DNA from: Escherichia phage EPFV3-03/2025
Sequence record: PV435126.1
DNA: 64,000 nt
Reading direction: 5' to 3' (one strand)
Shown here: piece by piece, positions 47,380 through 55,783 of the stretch
Position numbering within the stretch: the first letter of the stretch is position 1
Layout: every line of letters begins with the position of its first letter
The notes under the pieces: model-generated
Databases searched by the model: none
The model's input: only the letters and a program-made list of their open reading frames with translations
What the model was told of the DNA's origin: nothing
Made by a program: the position numbers and the translations under genes

Positions 47380-48311
47380 TGCATATAGTCCTCGTTGTGG
47401 AAATAGCAGTCAAGTATCTCACGGCGTTCCTGCTCCAGGAGGCAATTCCACACATCTTCTGTGTAGTTTCTACGAATGAAGTTTACCATGCCGTAAAACT
47501 CTTCGTCAACACGTTTAAAGATATCATCATCCCAAATCTTCCAAGCTCTACCCCTCATTACGACCTTCCGTGCCAGATAGTAGGGAGACTTGATCTTTAG
47601 TTGCAGGTCATAAGGGTAGTAAGACTTACGGATCATATACCCTTCGCCCCTTGTTTCTGCAGCCAACTCTTTTGCATAGCTGAACGGAATTTCACGCACA
47701 GTGTGAGGACGTTTTGCACCAAGGTATTTGGCAATACCGTCTAAAGCTGCTTCTGGTAGCATTATTCCAGAATCATTGTATCGGCAACCGATCAAATAGG
47801 CACCATGATCTTCCTGAACAATATGCGGGTCTGAAGGGTGACAAATTTCAAACATGAATGTCATGTTTTCATGGCCCATAACCTTCTTGATAAGATCTAA
47901 ATTACCACATTGCTCCTGGATTGTTTCCTTTGCGAGGTTACAATATGGAGAATCAAGAGACCCTGTTGTTGAGAACAACAGTTCACCTTTGTGAGATGAT
48001 ACCACACCAAGGAATCCGTTCTTTTTCTCTACCGCCGTCACAAGTTTATTGTCAGGCAGGTTGGTGGAATTTTCTCCCAAGTTAAATACTTTTGTGAAGG
48101 GCCATGCCACAACATTTCCTTCATTACCGACAACAATTCCTCGGCACTCTAGTAAACGCGGAGACAAATGCCATAGATTGTTGTAAAATACTTTTCTGGC
48201 ATATTTATAGATCTTTAACCCAAGATCTGGATAATACCGACTGGTTACAAGACCTTTATCCACTAAATCATCTGCATTAAAATACTTCATCATACATTCC
48301 TCGTTTGTCAT
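47376..48311 (-). CDS. ATP-dependent RNA ligase (nucleotidyltransferase ligase without OB domain)
   Basis: Motif I EKKNG, motif IV EGYMIRK, motif V LKIKS; divergent from PNK kinase/phosphatase genes. Confidence 0.55.
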   Translation of the reverse strand: MTNEECMMKYFNADDLVDKGLVTSRYYPDLGLKIYKYARKVFYNNLWHLSPRLLECRGIVVGNEGNVVAWPFTKVFNLGENSTNLPDNKLVTAVEKKNGFLGVVSSHKGELLFSTTGSLDSPYCNLAKETIQEQCGNLDLIKKVMGHENMTFMFEICHPSDPHIVQEDHGAYLIGCRYNDSGIMLPEAALDGIAKYLGAKRPHTVREIPFSYAKELAAETRGEGYMIRKSYYPYDLQLKIKSPYYLARKVVMRGRAWKIWDDDIFKRVDEEFYGMVNFIRRNYTEDVWNCLLEQERREILDCYFHNEDYMQ

Positions 48312-48411
48312 TTTGTCACTCTATCTTGCCACACAAATAAACTAGTGTCAACACTTGAAATGAACAAAAGAGTTATGTATACTACCATTAAAATTAAAAC
48401 GGAGGATTACT

Positions 48412-48822
48412 ATGTCTAAAATGCTGTATATCGTGCGTGGTCTACCAGGTTCTGGCAAATCAACACTGGCAAATGCACTATCTTTAGAGGGGCTGTACCC
48501 ACATTTTGAGAACGACATGTTCTGGTACGACGACGATGGAAATTACAACTGGGATGCAAGTAAAGTAACACTTGCAGCAAAATGGTGCAAAGATAACGTA
48601 GAAGATATGATGCGTATGGGATACGACCGTGTCGTGGTAAGTAATACGTTTACAAAAGAAAAACATGTGCAAGAATATGTTGACATGGCAATCAGTCATG
48701 GGTATAGTTATACTGTGATCGTGGTTGAAAACCGCCACGGTAATAAGAGCATTCATGATGTTCCAGATAGGGTTGTGGACCGTATGGAGCGTGAGCTTAA
48801 AAACTGCATTAAACTAAAATGA
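48412..48822 (+). CDS. polynucleotide 5'-kinase-like P-loop kinase
   Basis: Walker A VRGLPGSGKSTLA resembles T4 Pnk kinase domain; no fused phosphatase. Confidence 0.6.
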   Translation: MSKMLYIVRGLPGSGKSTLANALSLEGLYPHFENDMFWYDDDGNYNWDASKVTLAAKWCKDNVEDMMRMGYDRVVVSNTFTKEKHVQEYVDMAISHGYSYTVIVVENRHGNKSIHDVPDRVVDRMERELKNCIKLK

Positions 48823-48829
48823 GGGATGT

Positions 48830-49384
48830 ATGAAATATTTTGTAACAAGCGATACACACTTTCTCCACCAGCGAGTCATGGAGTTTGATTCATGTCAAAA
48901 ACACAGATCTCAGTATGATCACAATCTTGACAGTATGAACGAAGGAATCATTGCAGAGTGGAACTCTGTTGTATCACCAGAAGACACTGTGTTTCACTTG
49001 GGCGATATTGCATGCACTAAGGATAAGAATATCAACAACTTATTTCCAGATATTCTAAATATGTTGAACGGACATATTATTCTTGTTCGTGGTAACCATG
49101 ACACAAGGACGACTGTCAGAATTATGAAAGAGTTCGGTCATGAGGTTGTAGATTATTACGAGCTTCGCCACAACAAGAATTTGATCTGTATGAGCCATTA
49201 CCAGTTTGCAAAGTGGAACAGAAAGCCTCACGGATCAGTCCAACTGTTCGGTCATGCTCACGGAACCACACAGCAGTTGTTTGGCAGGCAGTTTGATGTC
49301 GGTTGGGATGTGTGGGGGAGACTCTTACCATTAGAAGAGGCATACCGTATTGCAATGAGTCTTGCTATTGACAGCGGGGAGTAA
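48830..49384 (+). CDS. calcineurin-like metallophosphoesterase
   Basis: SDTHF (DxH), GDIACTKD, GNHD, GHAHG motifs. Confidence 0.7.
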   Translation: MKYFVTSDTHFLHQRVMEFDSCQKHRSQYDHNLDSMNEGIIAEWNSVVSPEDTVFHLGDIACTKDKNINNLFPDILNMLNGHIILVRGNHDTRTTVRIMKEFGHEVVDYYELRHNKNLICMSHYQFAKWNRKPHGSVQLFGHAHGTTQQLFGRQFDVGWDVWGRLLPLEEAYRIAMSLAIDSGE

Positions 49385-49431
49385 TCCCTGCTATTTTAAA
49401 GAAAATTGCCACACAAGGAGAATCAGGAGAT

Positions 49432-49782
49432 ATGAAAGAGGAGGATAAGCTGCCATACCTTAAAGTCCCATTTGGAATACTGTCTATGTCAAAAGTTTTG
49501 AATGATACAACTGGAGAGGTTGTTGTTCTTGACTTGTATGACAAGATCGTATACTGCTACCTGCACAACTGGTATAAGCTTGGAGGAAATTCACGCTTCA
49601 CACCCAGCACAAGGAAAATTGCAGCAGATGTTGGGATAAAGAAAACAAAAGCAGCAGCGTGCGTTAAAACTTTAGAATGTGCAGGCGTGGTTGAAATATC
49701 CACACAAGGGAGAGGTAAAAGATGCACATTTTCCAAAGTTTTGCCACCAGAAGAGGTTATTCGAATGTCAACAACTGGTTAG
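49432..49782 (+). CDS. putative winged-helix DNA-binding protein
   Basis: 116-aa ORF; wHTH-like segment STRKIAADVGIKKTKAAACVKTLECAGVVE; directly upstream of iterons. Confidence 0.45.
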   Translation: MKEEDKLPYLKVPFGILSMSKVLNDTTGEVVVLDLYDKIVYCYLHNWYKLGGNSRFTPSTRKIAADVGIKKTKAAACVKTLECAGVVEISTQGRGKRCTFSKVLPPEEVIRMSTTG

Positions 49783-49857
49783 ACCAGTAAAAACTTAAAT
49801 ATCTGTACTATAAGGATTCGTATGTTTTATGTCCATCCAAGAGCAGAGGGTAGTAAC

Positions 49858-49945
49858 TGTCCGTAATACGGACACTACTGCCCGTCACGCGGACACATCT
49901 GCCCGTAATACGGACACTAACTGTCCGCAATACGGACACATAAAG
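49858..49945. repeat. four tandem iterons of about 21-22 bp, each with palindrome CCGTAATACGG + ACAC
   Basis: TCCGTAATACGGACACTACTG / CCCGTCACGCGGACACATCTG / CCCGTAATACGGACACTAACTG / TCCGCAATACGGACACATAAAG. Confidence 0.8.
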
Positions 49946-50443
49946 AATATAACTAAAATAACTAAATAATAAAAAATAAAAGATCTAGTACTTATGGTAC
50001 TAAAGTACATATACTTAACTTATGTAGAATATACTAGATCCTAAGTACCATGTTTTAAATTTATTACTTACTATTGGTAGTGTCGGCCCTTCATTGGCAC
50101 TCGCCTACGAGGGGCGAGATGCCGGGCCTCCATAGTGCACACAATAACAGGAGTGCATACATGCAGGACTGTTAACATGTGTGGGAGCGAAGCGATAGCG
50201 CAGGCCAAAGGCCGAGCACTAATGTGGACCACCGACGAAAGCTTGCCAGCGCCGTAAGGAGTCGGTTGAGAGCCTCCCGCGAGAGTTTAGTTAAAGTTTA
50301 TGTGTGGAAACGGACAGGAAGGCCCCTAAATCGCCACACAGCTGCGTAAACTATACCAAGTAAGGCAATCGCACCAGTTTGATAGAAAAGCTCGTTACAA
50401 AGCGATACAGTGAGTTTTTCTATAACTTGAAGAGGAGGCAGTT

Positions 50444-51022
50444 ATGAGTTCACGCAAAGATGACCGCGAAAAGATTGCAAAACGTTATCAGAATGAAGAA
50501 CAGATGGAGAAAACTTTCAAGTGGAAGCCAGGTTTCCAGCGTAATCATTCTAACGCTCGTGATCGTAAGCATCCGGATAAGTGGCTAACACCGCCAAATG
50601 ATGGCATGCAGGTTGGTGATGAGAAGGAGCTATCGCCTGGAAAAGATGGCAACTACATTCGCACTAAGGACGCTGGTCCAAAGGATGACAGCTATCTTGT
50701 AGATAAGGTTCTTGATGGTATTGATGTAGATGTTGACACCACACGGAACTTTTTTCTTGGGTGGTATCGCACAGGTTTTTTCGACATCAAGGCCATTCGT
50801 CGTGTTTGTGATATTAAAAAGTCTGCATATGATGACGACTCGTTACATCGCACCCTGAGGCAATATTCAGAAAGATATGGTCATCCGGTTATCACTCTTG
50901 ACGATGTTGACGAAGTGATGTATCATGCAGAGGTTGTTGCAGGCAGATTTGGTGATGCATATCTTGATATCCTTTCTGCAAACGATGAGGTAATGTTGAA
51001 TAAGATTTACTACGAACGTTGA
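50444..51022 (+). CDS. hypothetical protein (192 aa)
   Basis: ORF with GAGGAGG RBS. Confidence 0.55.
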   Translation: MSSRKDDREKIAKRYQNEEQMEKTFKWKPGFQRNHSNARDRKHPDKWLTPPNDGMQVGDEKELSPGKDGNYIRTKDAGPKDDSYLVDKVLDGIDVDVDTTRNFFLGWYRTGFFDIKAIRRVCDIKKSAYDDDSLHRTLRQYSERYGHPVITLDDVDEVMYHAEVVAGRFGDAYLDILSANDEVMLNKIYYER

Positions 51023-51032
51023 GGAGAGCTTA

Positions 51033-51221
51033 ATGAACAATCCGGTAGCAAAGAACTGTAATAAGTTCAACAAGTCTGCAATTCACACTGACAGGAAAAA
51101 GAGCTGGTCACCGGACATTGACGAGGAGCTTGAGAATTACTTTGAAGATCTGGTTACCAATGCAGGTGAGGTTGCGATTAAAGAATACGCAGACAGGAGG
51201 GATAAGGCCGGAATCTGTTGA
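51033..51221 (+). CDS. hypothetical protein (62 aa)
   Basis: ORF with GAGGAG RBS. Confidence 0.45.
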   Translation: MNNPVAKNCNKFNKSAIHTDRKKSWSPDIDEELENYFEDLVTNAGEVAIKEYADRRDKAGIC

Positions 51222-51297
51222 CAAAAATAATGTTACCTGATAAGATCTGCAATATGATGTGATACAATTTTAACTTACGAGGTCTACAGGTAATGCT

Positions 51298-51540
51298 ATG
51301 TTTAAGGTTAAGCTCGTTTTCCGTTCCATGAATGAGGATTATTTAGAAGATGAAGGTGAATTTCGTGCACTAGATGATGCAATAGATTTTGCCAACGACT
51401 TAGCTTGTATGAACACGGGTTATGGGTTGTGTTGTTGGGACGGTGGTATTCAGATCGGTGATAGCAAAATCTTCTACTTCTACCCTGAGCCGGATAACAA
51501 ACAAATTAAGTATGTTTTATTTATTTGTGCTTTACAATGA
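51298..51540 (+). CDS. hypothetical protein (80 aa)
   Basis: ORF. Confidence 0.45.
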   Translation: MFKVKLVFRSMNEDYLEDEGEFRALDDAIDFANDLACMNTGYGLCCWDGGIQIGDSKIFYFYPEPDNKQIKYVLFICALQ

Positions 51541-51884
51541 GGTTGTTTTCGTGTATCATGATGAATATCCAATTTAAAGATGAATTTGATGGCTTTATCT
51601 CCGGATGCTTTGAAACAGGGTTCGGAGAATGCTGAGTTCCCCTTAGAGGGCTTGATAGTGCACCACACTTAAAATGGTAGGGGCAGCCAGCACATGACGA
51701 TGTGACCCCAGCCAACCTGTAATAAGGTCGAGCCAAAGCGCGGTAATGGGTCTCTGGTAACCCACTTGTTGGGTCTTGTGGTCCAGGACGCTGGGCAAGT
51801 CGCAGGGAATACCACCCTGCGGCGAACTTGACAATCAGTATTTGCCGTGATAAAATCCACCTATCACGTGATAATGGAGGAAAC

Positions 51885-52223
51885 ATGGCGGATACAACTA
51901 AAAAGCGTCGCCGTAGAGGCAGACCTCTGAAAGAGGAGTCCAACGCCATTCAGCTAGAGAAGAACATTCTTGATATGAAGGAATCTTTTATAGCGATGGT
52001 TCCAGAAGCTCACAAAGTTTTAAGAGAGCTGATGTTGGATCCGAAAACCAAGCAAAATATTCGTCAAAGCATTGCAGAGTATGTCCTTGATAAGGCAGAC
52101 CGAATGCAGGAAGAATATGATGAGATGTTTGGTGAAGAGGAAGAGGTAGTAGTAGAAGAGGCTGAAAAACCAGCACCTTTTATGCCATTTACCACAGAGA
52201 TACAGCCTGTTGGCAATAGTTAA
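51885..52223 (+). CDS. hypothetical DNA-binding protein with basic AT-hook-like N-terminus
   Basis: ATG 51885 with GGAGGAAAC RBS and TTGACA promoter-like site upstream; KKRRRRGRP then acidic tail; small terminase is one possibility. Confidence 0.4.
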   Translation: MADTTKKRRRRGRPLKEESNAIQLEKNILDMKESFIAMVPEAHKVLRELMLDPKTKQNIRQSIAEYVLDKADRMQEEYDEMFGEEEEVVVEEAEKPAPFMPFTTEIQPVGNS

Positions 52224-52319
52224 AATATTTTCTTGACAAACTTTGCTTAACAGTGTAATATTGTAAACATGGTCTCCCACCTTTTCTGGCGGCTCAGGTG
52301 TAAAAGAAAGCCACCCAGT

Positions 52320-52394
52320 GCCCTGTTAGCTTAGTGGATAAAGCAGCGGCCTTCTAAGCCGTTGACACTGGTTCGAGTCCAGTACGGGGTGCCA
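52320..52394 (+). tRNA. tRNA-Arg (anticodon TCT)
   Basis: Manual cloverleaf: 7-bp acceptor GCCCTGT/ACGGGGT, 4-bp D-stem, anticodon loop CTTCTAA, T-loop TTCGAGT, CCA encoded. Confidence 0.75.
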
Positions 52395-52398
52395 AATT

Positions 52399-52485
52399 GG
52401 GGAGTTATCCCGTAGAGGTAGCGGTGTAGACTGTAAATCTATTGTCATTGCGACTCGGGTGGTTCGACTCCACCACTCCCCACCA
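52399..52485 (+). tRNA. tRNA-Tyr (anticodon GTA), long variable arm
   Basis: Acceptor GGGGAGT/ACTCCCC, anticodon loop CTGTAAA, T-arm GGTGG-TTCGACT-CCACC, CCA encoded. Confidence 0.7.
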
Positions 52486-52599
52486 AATTTATATTTTTAA
52501 ATGCATAAATCATACAGATAATGACATTGATATTTATCGTCGTTTATACTAGTCACTAACTGCTCGAAAATCAGTGTCATTATCAGTGTAATTTATAAA

Positions 52600-52690
52600 G
52601 GAGGGTAGGGAGCAATGGTGCTCAAGCGGTCTTGAAAACCGTCCCGTTGAGGATGACTCGATGATGGTTCGATTCCATTACTCTCCGCCA
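52600..52690 (+). tRNA. tRNA-Ser (anticodon TGA), long variable arm
   Basis: Acceptor GGAGGGT/ACTCTCC, anticodon stem GCGGT/ACCGT with loop CTTGAAA, T-loop TTCGATT, CCA encoded. Confidence 0.7.
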
Positions 52691-52788
52691 CATTGTTGAC
52701 CTTGTAATTAAGCGAAAGCCGGAAGCAGAACCGGATTATCAAATGTTACAGTCGTCATCGCCGACTAGCCACATGGTCAACATATTGC

Positions 52789-52887
52789 GCTAGGTAAGCC
52801 CTTTGGCAAGGGCGAGGATTTTTAATCCTGAAAATAGACGAGGTAGTCGTTGAATACATAGGTGGTTCGATTCCATCACCTAGCACC
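52789..52887 (+). tRNA. atypical tRNA-like gene (possible anticodon TTT) with about 30-nt insertion before T-arm
   Basis: Perfect 7-bp acceptor GCTAGGT/ACCTAGC, D-arm GCCC-TTTGGCAA-GGGC, T-arm GGTGG-TTCGATT-CCATC, but 4-bp anticodon stem and over-long variable region; CCA not fully encoded. Confidence 0.45.
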
Positions 52888-52892
52888 TTTTT

Positions 52893-52968
52893 GCTGATGT
52901 AGCACAATTGGCAGTGCAATTGATTTGTAATCAATAGGTTGCAGGTTCGAGTCCTGCCATCAGCACCA
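52893..52968 (+). tRNA. tRNA-Thr (anticodon TGT)
   Basis: Acceptor GCTGATG/CATCAGC, D-stem GCAC/GTGC, anticodon stem ATTGA/TCAAT loop TTTGTAA, T-loop TTCGAGT, CCA. Confidence 0.8.
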
Positions 52969-52969
52969 T

Positions 52970-53044
52970 GGCCCTGTAGCTGGAAGGTTCAAGCAAGCGA
53001 CTCATAATCGCCAGACGGTGGTTCAATTCCACCCAGGGCCACCA
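52970..53044 (+). tRNA. tRNA-Met (anticodon CAT; Ile-lysidine type not excluded)
   Basis: Acceptor GGCCCTG/CAGGGCC, anticodon loop CTCATAA, T-arm GGTGG-TTCAATT-CCACC, CCA. Confidence 0.7.
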
Positions 53045-53055
53045 AATAATAAATA

Positions 53056-53132
53056 CTCCGCGTAGCTCAGCTTGGTAGAGCGCCTGATTTGGGATCAGGA
53101 GGTCGAGTGTTCGAATCACTCCGTGGAGACCA
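53056..53132 (+). tRNA. tRNA-Pro (anticodon TGG)
   Basis: C1-G72 acceptor CTCCGCG/CGTGGAG, D-arm GCTC-AGCTTGGTA-GAGC, anticodon stem CCTGA/TCAGG loop TTTGGGA, T-loop TTCGAAT, CCA. Confidence 0.8.
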
Positions 53133-53178
53133 CCTTTAGTTATACTTTAAATATATACACACAAAAGGAACCTTTAAA

Positions 53179-53448
53179 ATGTATACACTTAAAATTGTAG
53201 AGCGTGTAAATCCAACCCATACTGTAGATTTTCGTGACGATTTCAACCCTCTTGCTGTAAATCTTCGAGAGTCGTATCATGAACTAAGCTGCGATGCAGT
53301 TGTGGTCTTCTTTGAAGACAACTCTGAAGGGGCAGTGGCTTGTGTTGTTGATAGCGAGCAGAAGTTTTATATTTACAGAGATGTGGATGCTTACTTGATG
53401 AATGAGAATGCGGTTACTGTCAGAATCATCCACCGAGTGCCTCGATAA
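53179..53448 (+). CDS. hypothetical protein (89 aa)
   Basis: ORF with AAAGGAAC RBS after tRNA cluster. Confidence 0.5.
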   Translation: MYTLKIVERVNPTHTVDFRDDFNPLAVNLRESYHELSCDAVVVFFEDNSEGAVACVVDSEQKFYIYRDVDAYLMNENAVTVRIIHRVPR

Positions 53449-53501
53449 GTATTAGTCTCCTTTTAGTTAGTTTCGATCTATTTAGGTTACTCAATTTTAA
53501 C

Positions 53502-53537
53502 CCGCCCCGTTAGCTGTATAGCTGCGGGGTTTTTTCG
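53502..53537 (+). terminator. putative intrinsic terminator
   Basis: GCCCCG...CGGGG stem with long loop followed by TTTTTT. Confidence 0.45.
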
Positions 53538-53553
53538 TTTCTGGAGCCTTAAA

Positions 53554-53952
53554 ATGATTTCAGTTTTAACATTGATGAGTAAATACAGAGGGATCATAAA
53601 AGGTTTAGTTTTTGCAGCTGCTCTAGGCACAGCATACTTGGGGGCCGTGTATTGGTTTAACTCTAAGCTCAACGCTGCTTATCAGGAAGGCGTAACAGCA
53701 ACAGAGTTAAAGTGGGAACGGATCCTTGACCAGCAACAAAAGCAGGCCGACAAAATTAAAATGGGCCACGCAGAGGAGGTTAAAAACCTTGAAAAATCTC
53801 TTTCTGACCTACAGGATAAATTAAATATGGCTGAGAAGGCAGGTAAAGAAAAGCAGATTATCTACCTCCAATCACCTGAAGGTAAGAAGTCAACACTCCC
53901 TGACCAGCTTATAGATATCTATAATGAGAGCATTAATCAGGAGGGCAGATGA
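53554..53952 (+). CDS. i-spanin (Rz-like inner-membrane spanin)
   Basis: N-terminal TM LVFAAALGTAYLGAVYWF then charged coiled-coil periplasmic domain; 3' end overlaps next gene. Confidence 0.65.
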   Translation: MISVLTLMSKYRGIIKGLVFAAALGTAYLGAVYWFNSKLNAAYQEGVTATELKWERILDQQQKQADKIKMGHAEEVKNLEKSLSDLQDKLNMAEKAGKEKQIIYLQSPEGKKSTLPDQLIDIYNESINQEGR

Positions 53953-54236
53953 GAGCCACCGTATTATTAGTTGCTTGCTTGCTGCTGTGCGGGTGTGCGA
54001 CAAGTGTCGAAAAAGAATACAAGATTGACCCTCCGGATGTAGGAAGGTTGATTGTTAAACCTCCCGAGGGTGCTATGAAACCACCTGCTAAAGCTATCCC
54101 TTTGAAGAAAGGTGCGCCAGATGCGGTGAATTCTGGCATTATGAGGGATAATAACCTGTCTTGTAGTAATGATAGAGCTAAATTGATCATTTTGCAAGAC
54201 TATATAAGAACACTGTTTCCAAAGGAGAGAGGTTAA
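53949..54236 (+). CDS. o-spanin (Rz1-like outer-membrane lipoprotein)
   Basis: Signal peptide with lipobox-like LLLCGCA; Pro-rich mature part; ATG overlaps i-spanin stop. Confidence 0.65.
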   Translation: MRATVLLVACLLLCGCATSVEKEYKIDPPDVGRLIVKPPEGAMKPPAKAIPLKKGAPDAVNSGIMRDNNLSCSNDRAKLIILQDYIRTLFPKERG

Positions 54237-55783
54237 TGTCTAAGATTTACGGACCGTGTTCTGAAAAGCAGAAGATGATCCTTGAGAACGATGCAGATAT
54301 TTTGGTGATCGGAGGTGCAGCAGGTTCTGGCAAGTCGTTCCTCTTGCAGCTAATGCCACTTAAAATTATTGATGACCCACACAGCTCTGTGGTTATGTTC
54401 CGAAGAACAACTCCACAGTTGGAAGGTGAGGGTGGGCTATGGCCTAAAGCAGTAGCTATTTACAGTGATCTGCCTGAAAACATTAAACCAAAGTTCAGAG
54501 AGAAGGATCATAAGTTTATTTTTCCACGGTTTGATCCGAGCACTGGCAAGTGGGACAGGAGCAAAAAAGGGGCCGTTGTAAAATACTGCCACATGGAGTA
54601 TGTCCAAGATAAGCTTAACCATCAAGGCCTTGAGTACACCATGGTTTGCTTCGATGAAGGCACGCAATTCGAATGGGAGCAGATAGACTATTTGATGTCT
54701 CGTCTGCGATCTCAGTCAAAGTATCCATCAAGAATGGTTATCAGTTGTAACCCCGACTCAGAACACATGCTTGCCAAACTGGTTAGGTGGTGGTTGGACG
54801 ATGAAGGGTATCCAGATCCGGAGAAATGTGGTAAGAAAAGATATTTTATCCGACGCGACGGTGAGTTTATCTGGGGAGACTCTAAAGAGGAGTTAATAGA
54901 GAAATACACCACGGTTAACGGACTGGGTGTGGAGATCAAGCCAAGACCGTTGTCATTCTCGTTTATAGGTGCAACAATTTTCGATAATCCTGTCTGCTTG
55001 AGAGACAACCCAGAATACCTTGCTTTCCTTGAAGGTCTACCAGAGCTTGAAAAAGCCCAGCTTCTTCATGGCAACTGGTTTGCCAAACCTGAGGGTGCAA
55101 ACTATTTCCAAAGATCTTTCCTTCGTGATGCCGATAGAGTACCTCTTGGATCAGTATCTTGCAGGGCATGGGATAAGGCAGGAACCGAGAGAACTTCCGG
55201 TAATAAATTTCCTGACTTTACTGCCAGTGTTAAGGTAAGTAAAGATAGCGACGGTTTTTATTACCTGTCCGGGGATTATTGTCCTGAGAACGTGGATGAC
55301 GGTAGGTATTCCACAGGTCTGGAAGGTAAGTTCTGTAAAAAGGCTGGGGAACGAGATGTGATCATCAGGAAACAGGCGCAGTTTGATGGAGATGATTGCA
55401 TAATCGTATTTTCTGTGGACCCCGGTCAGGCAGGTAAGAGTGAGTTCTTAACCTCGTCCAGATCCTTGCTCGCCGAAGGGTTCAGGGTTGAAGAAGATCC
55501 GATGCCTTCCAACAAATCTAAACTGACAAGGTTCTCACCTTTTGCCAATCTTGCCCAACAAGGAATGGTGAGGATTGTAAAATCCAGTTTCCATCCTGAC
55601 ACTCTGGAAGCATTTCTGACTGAACTTGAAAAGTTCAACGGGGAAAGATCAACATTTAACAGAAAAGACGACTGGGCCGACTGTGTAGCTTCTGCGATTA
55701 ATTTCTTGGAGAAAGAGGAGGTAGCACTGCCTTGTGTGATTCCATCAATCTCATCACCTTCTATGTTCAAGCGTTTTATCTAA
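54236..55783 (+). CDS. terL: terminase large subunit
   Basis: 515 aa; Walker A ILVIGGAAGSGKSF, Walker B-like MVCFDEGTQ; directly upstream of portal-sized gene. Confidence 0.85.
   Translation: MSKIYGPCSEKQKMILENDADILVIGGAAGSGKSFLLQLMPLKIIDDPHSSVVMFRRTTPQLEGEGGLWPKAVAIYSDLPENIKPKFREKDHKFIFPRFDPSTGKWDRSKKGAVVKYCHMEYVQDKLNHQGLEYTMVCFDEGTQFEWEQIDYLMSRLRSQSKYPSRMVISCNPDSEHMLAKLVRWWLDDEGYPDPEKCGKKRYFIRRDGEFIWGDSKEELIEKYTTVNGLGVEIKPRPLSFSFIGATIFDNPVCLRDNPEYLAFLEGLPELEKAQLLHGNWFAKPEGANYFQRSFLRDADRVPLGSVSCRAWDKAGTERTSGNKFPDFTASVKVSKDSDGFYYLSGDYCPENVDDGRYSTGLEGKFCKKAGERDVIIRKQAQFDGDDCIIVFSVDPGQAGKSEFLTSSRSLLAEGFRVEEDPMPSNKSKLTRFSPFANLAQQGMVRIVKSSFHPDTLEAFLTELEKFNGERSTFNRKDDWADCVASAINFLEKEEVALPCVIPSISSPSMFKRFI

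Noticed and set aside
49858-49945. Possible CRISPR array
   Set aside because: Four adjacent repeats with no intervening unique spacers; the palindromic units fit iterons or operator sites.
51521-51949. 142-aa - strand ORF and two nested ORFs (51643-51834, 51669-51860)
   Set aside because: They are antisense to a uniformly + strand neighbourhood, overlap a + strand promoter and gene start, and their Pro/Arg/Ser-rich translation is typical of GC-rich non-coding sequence.
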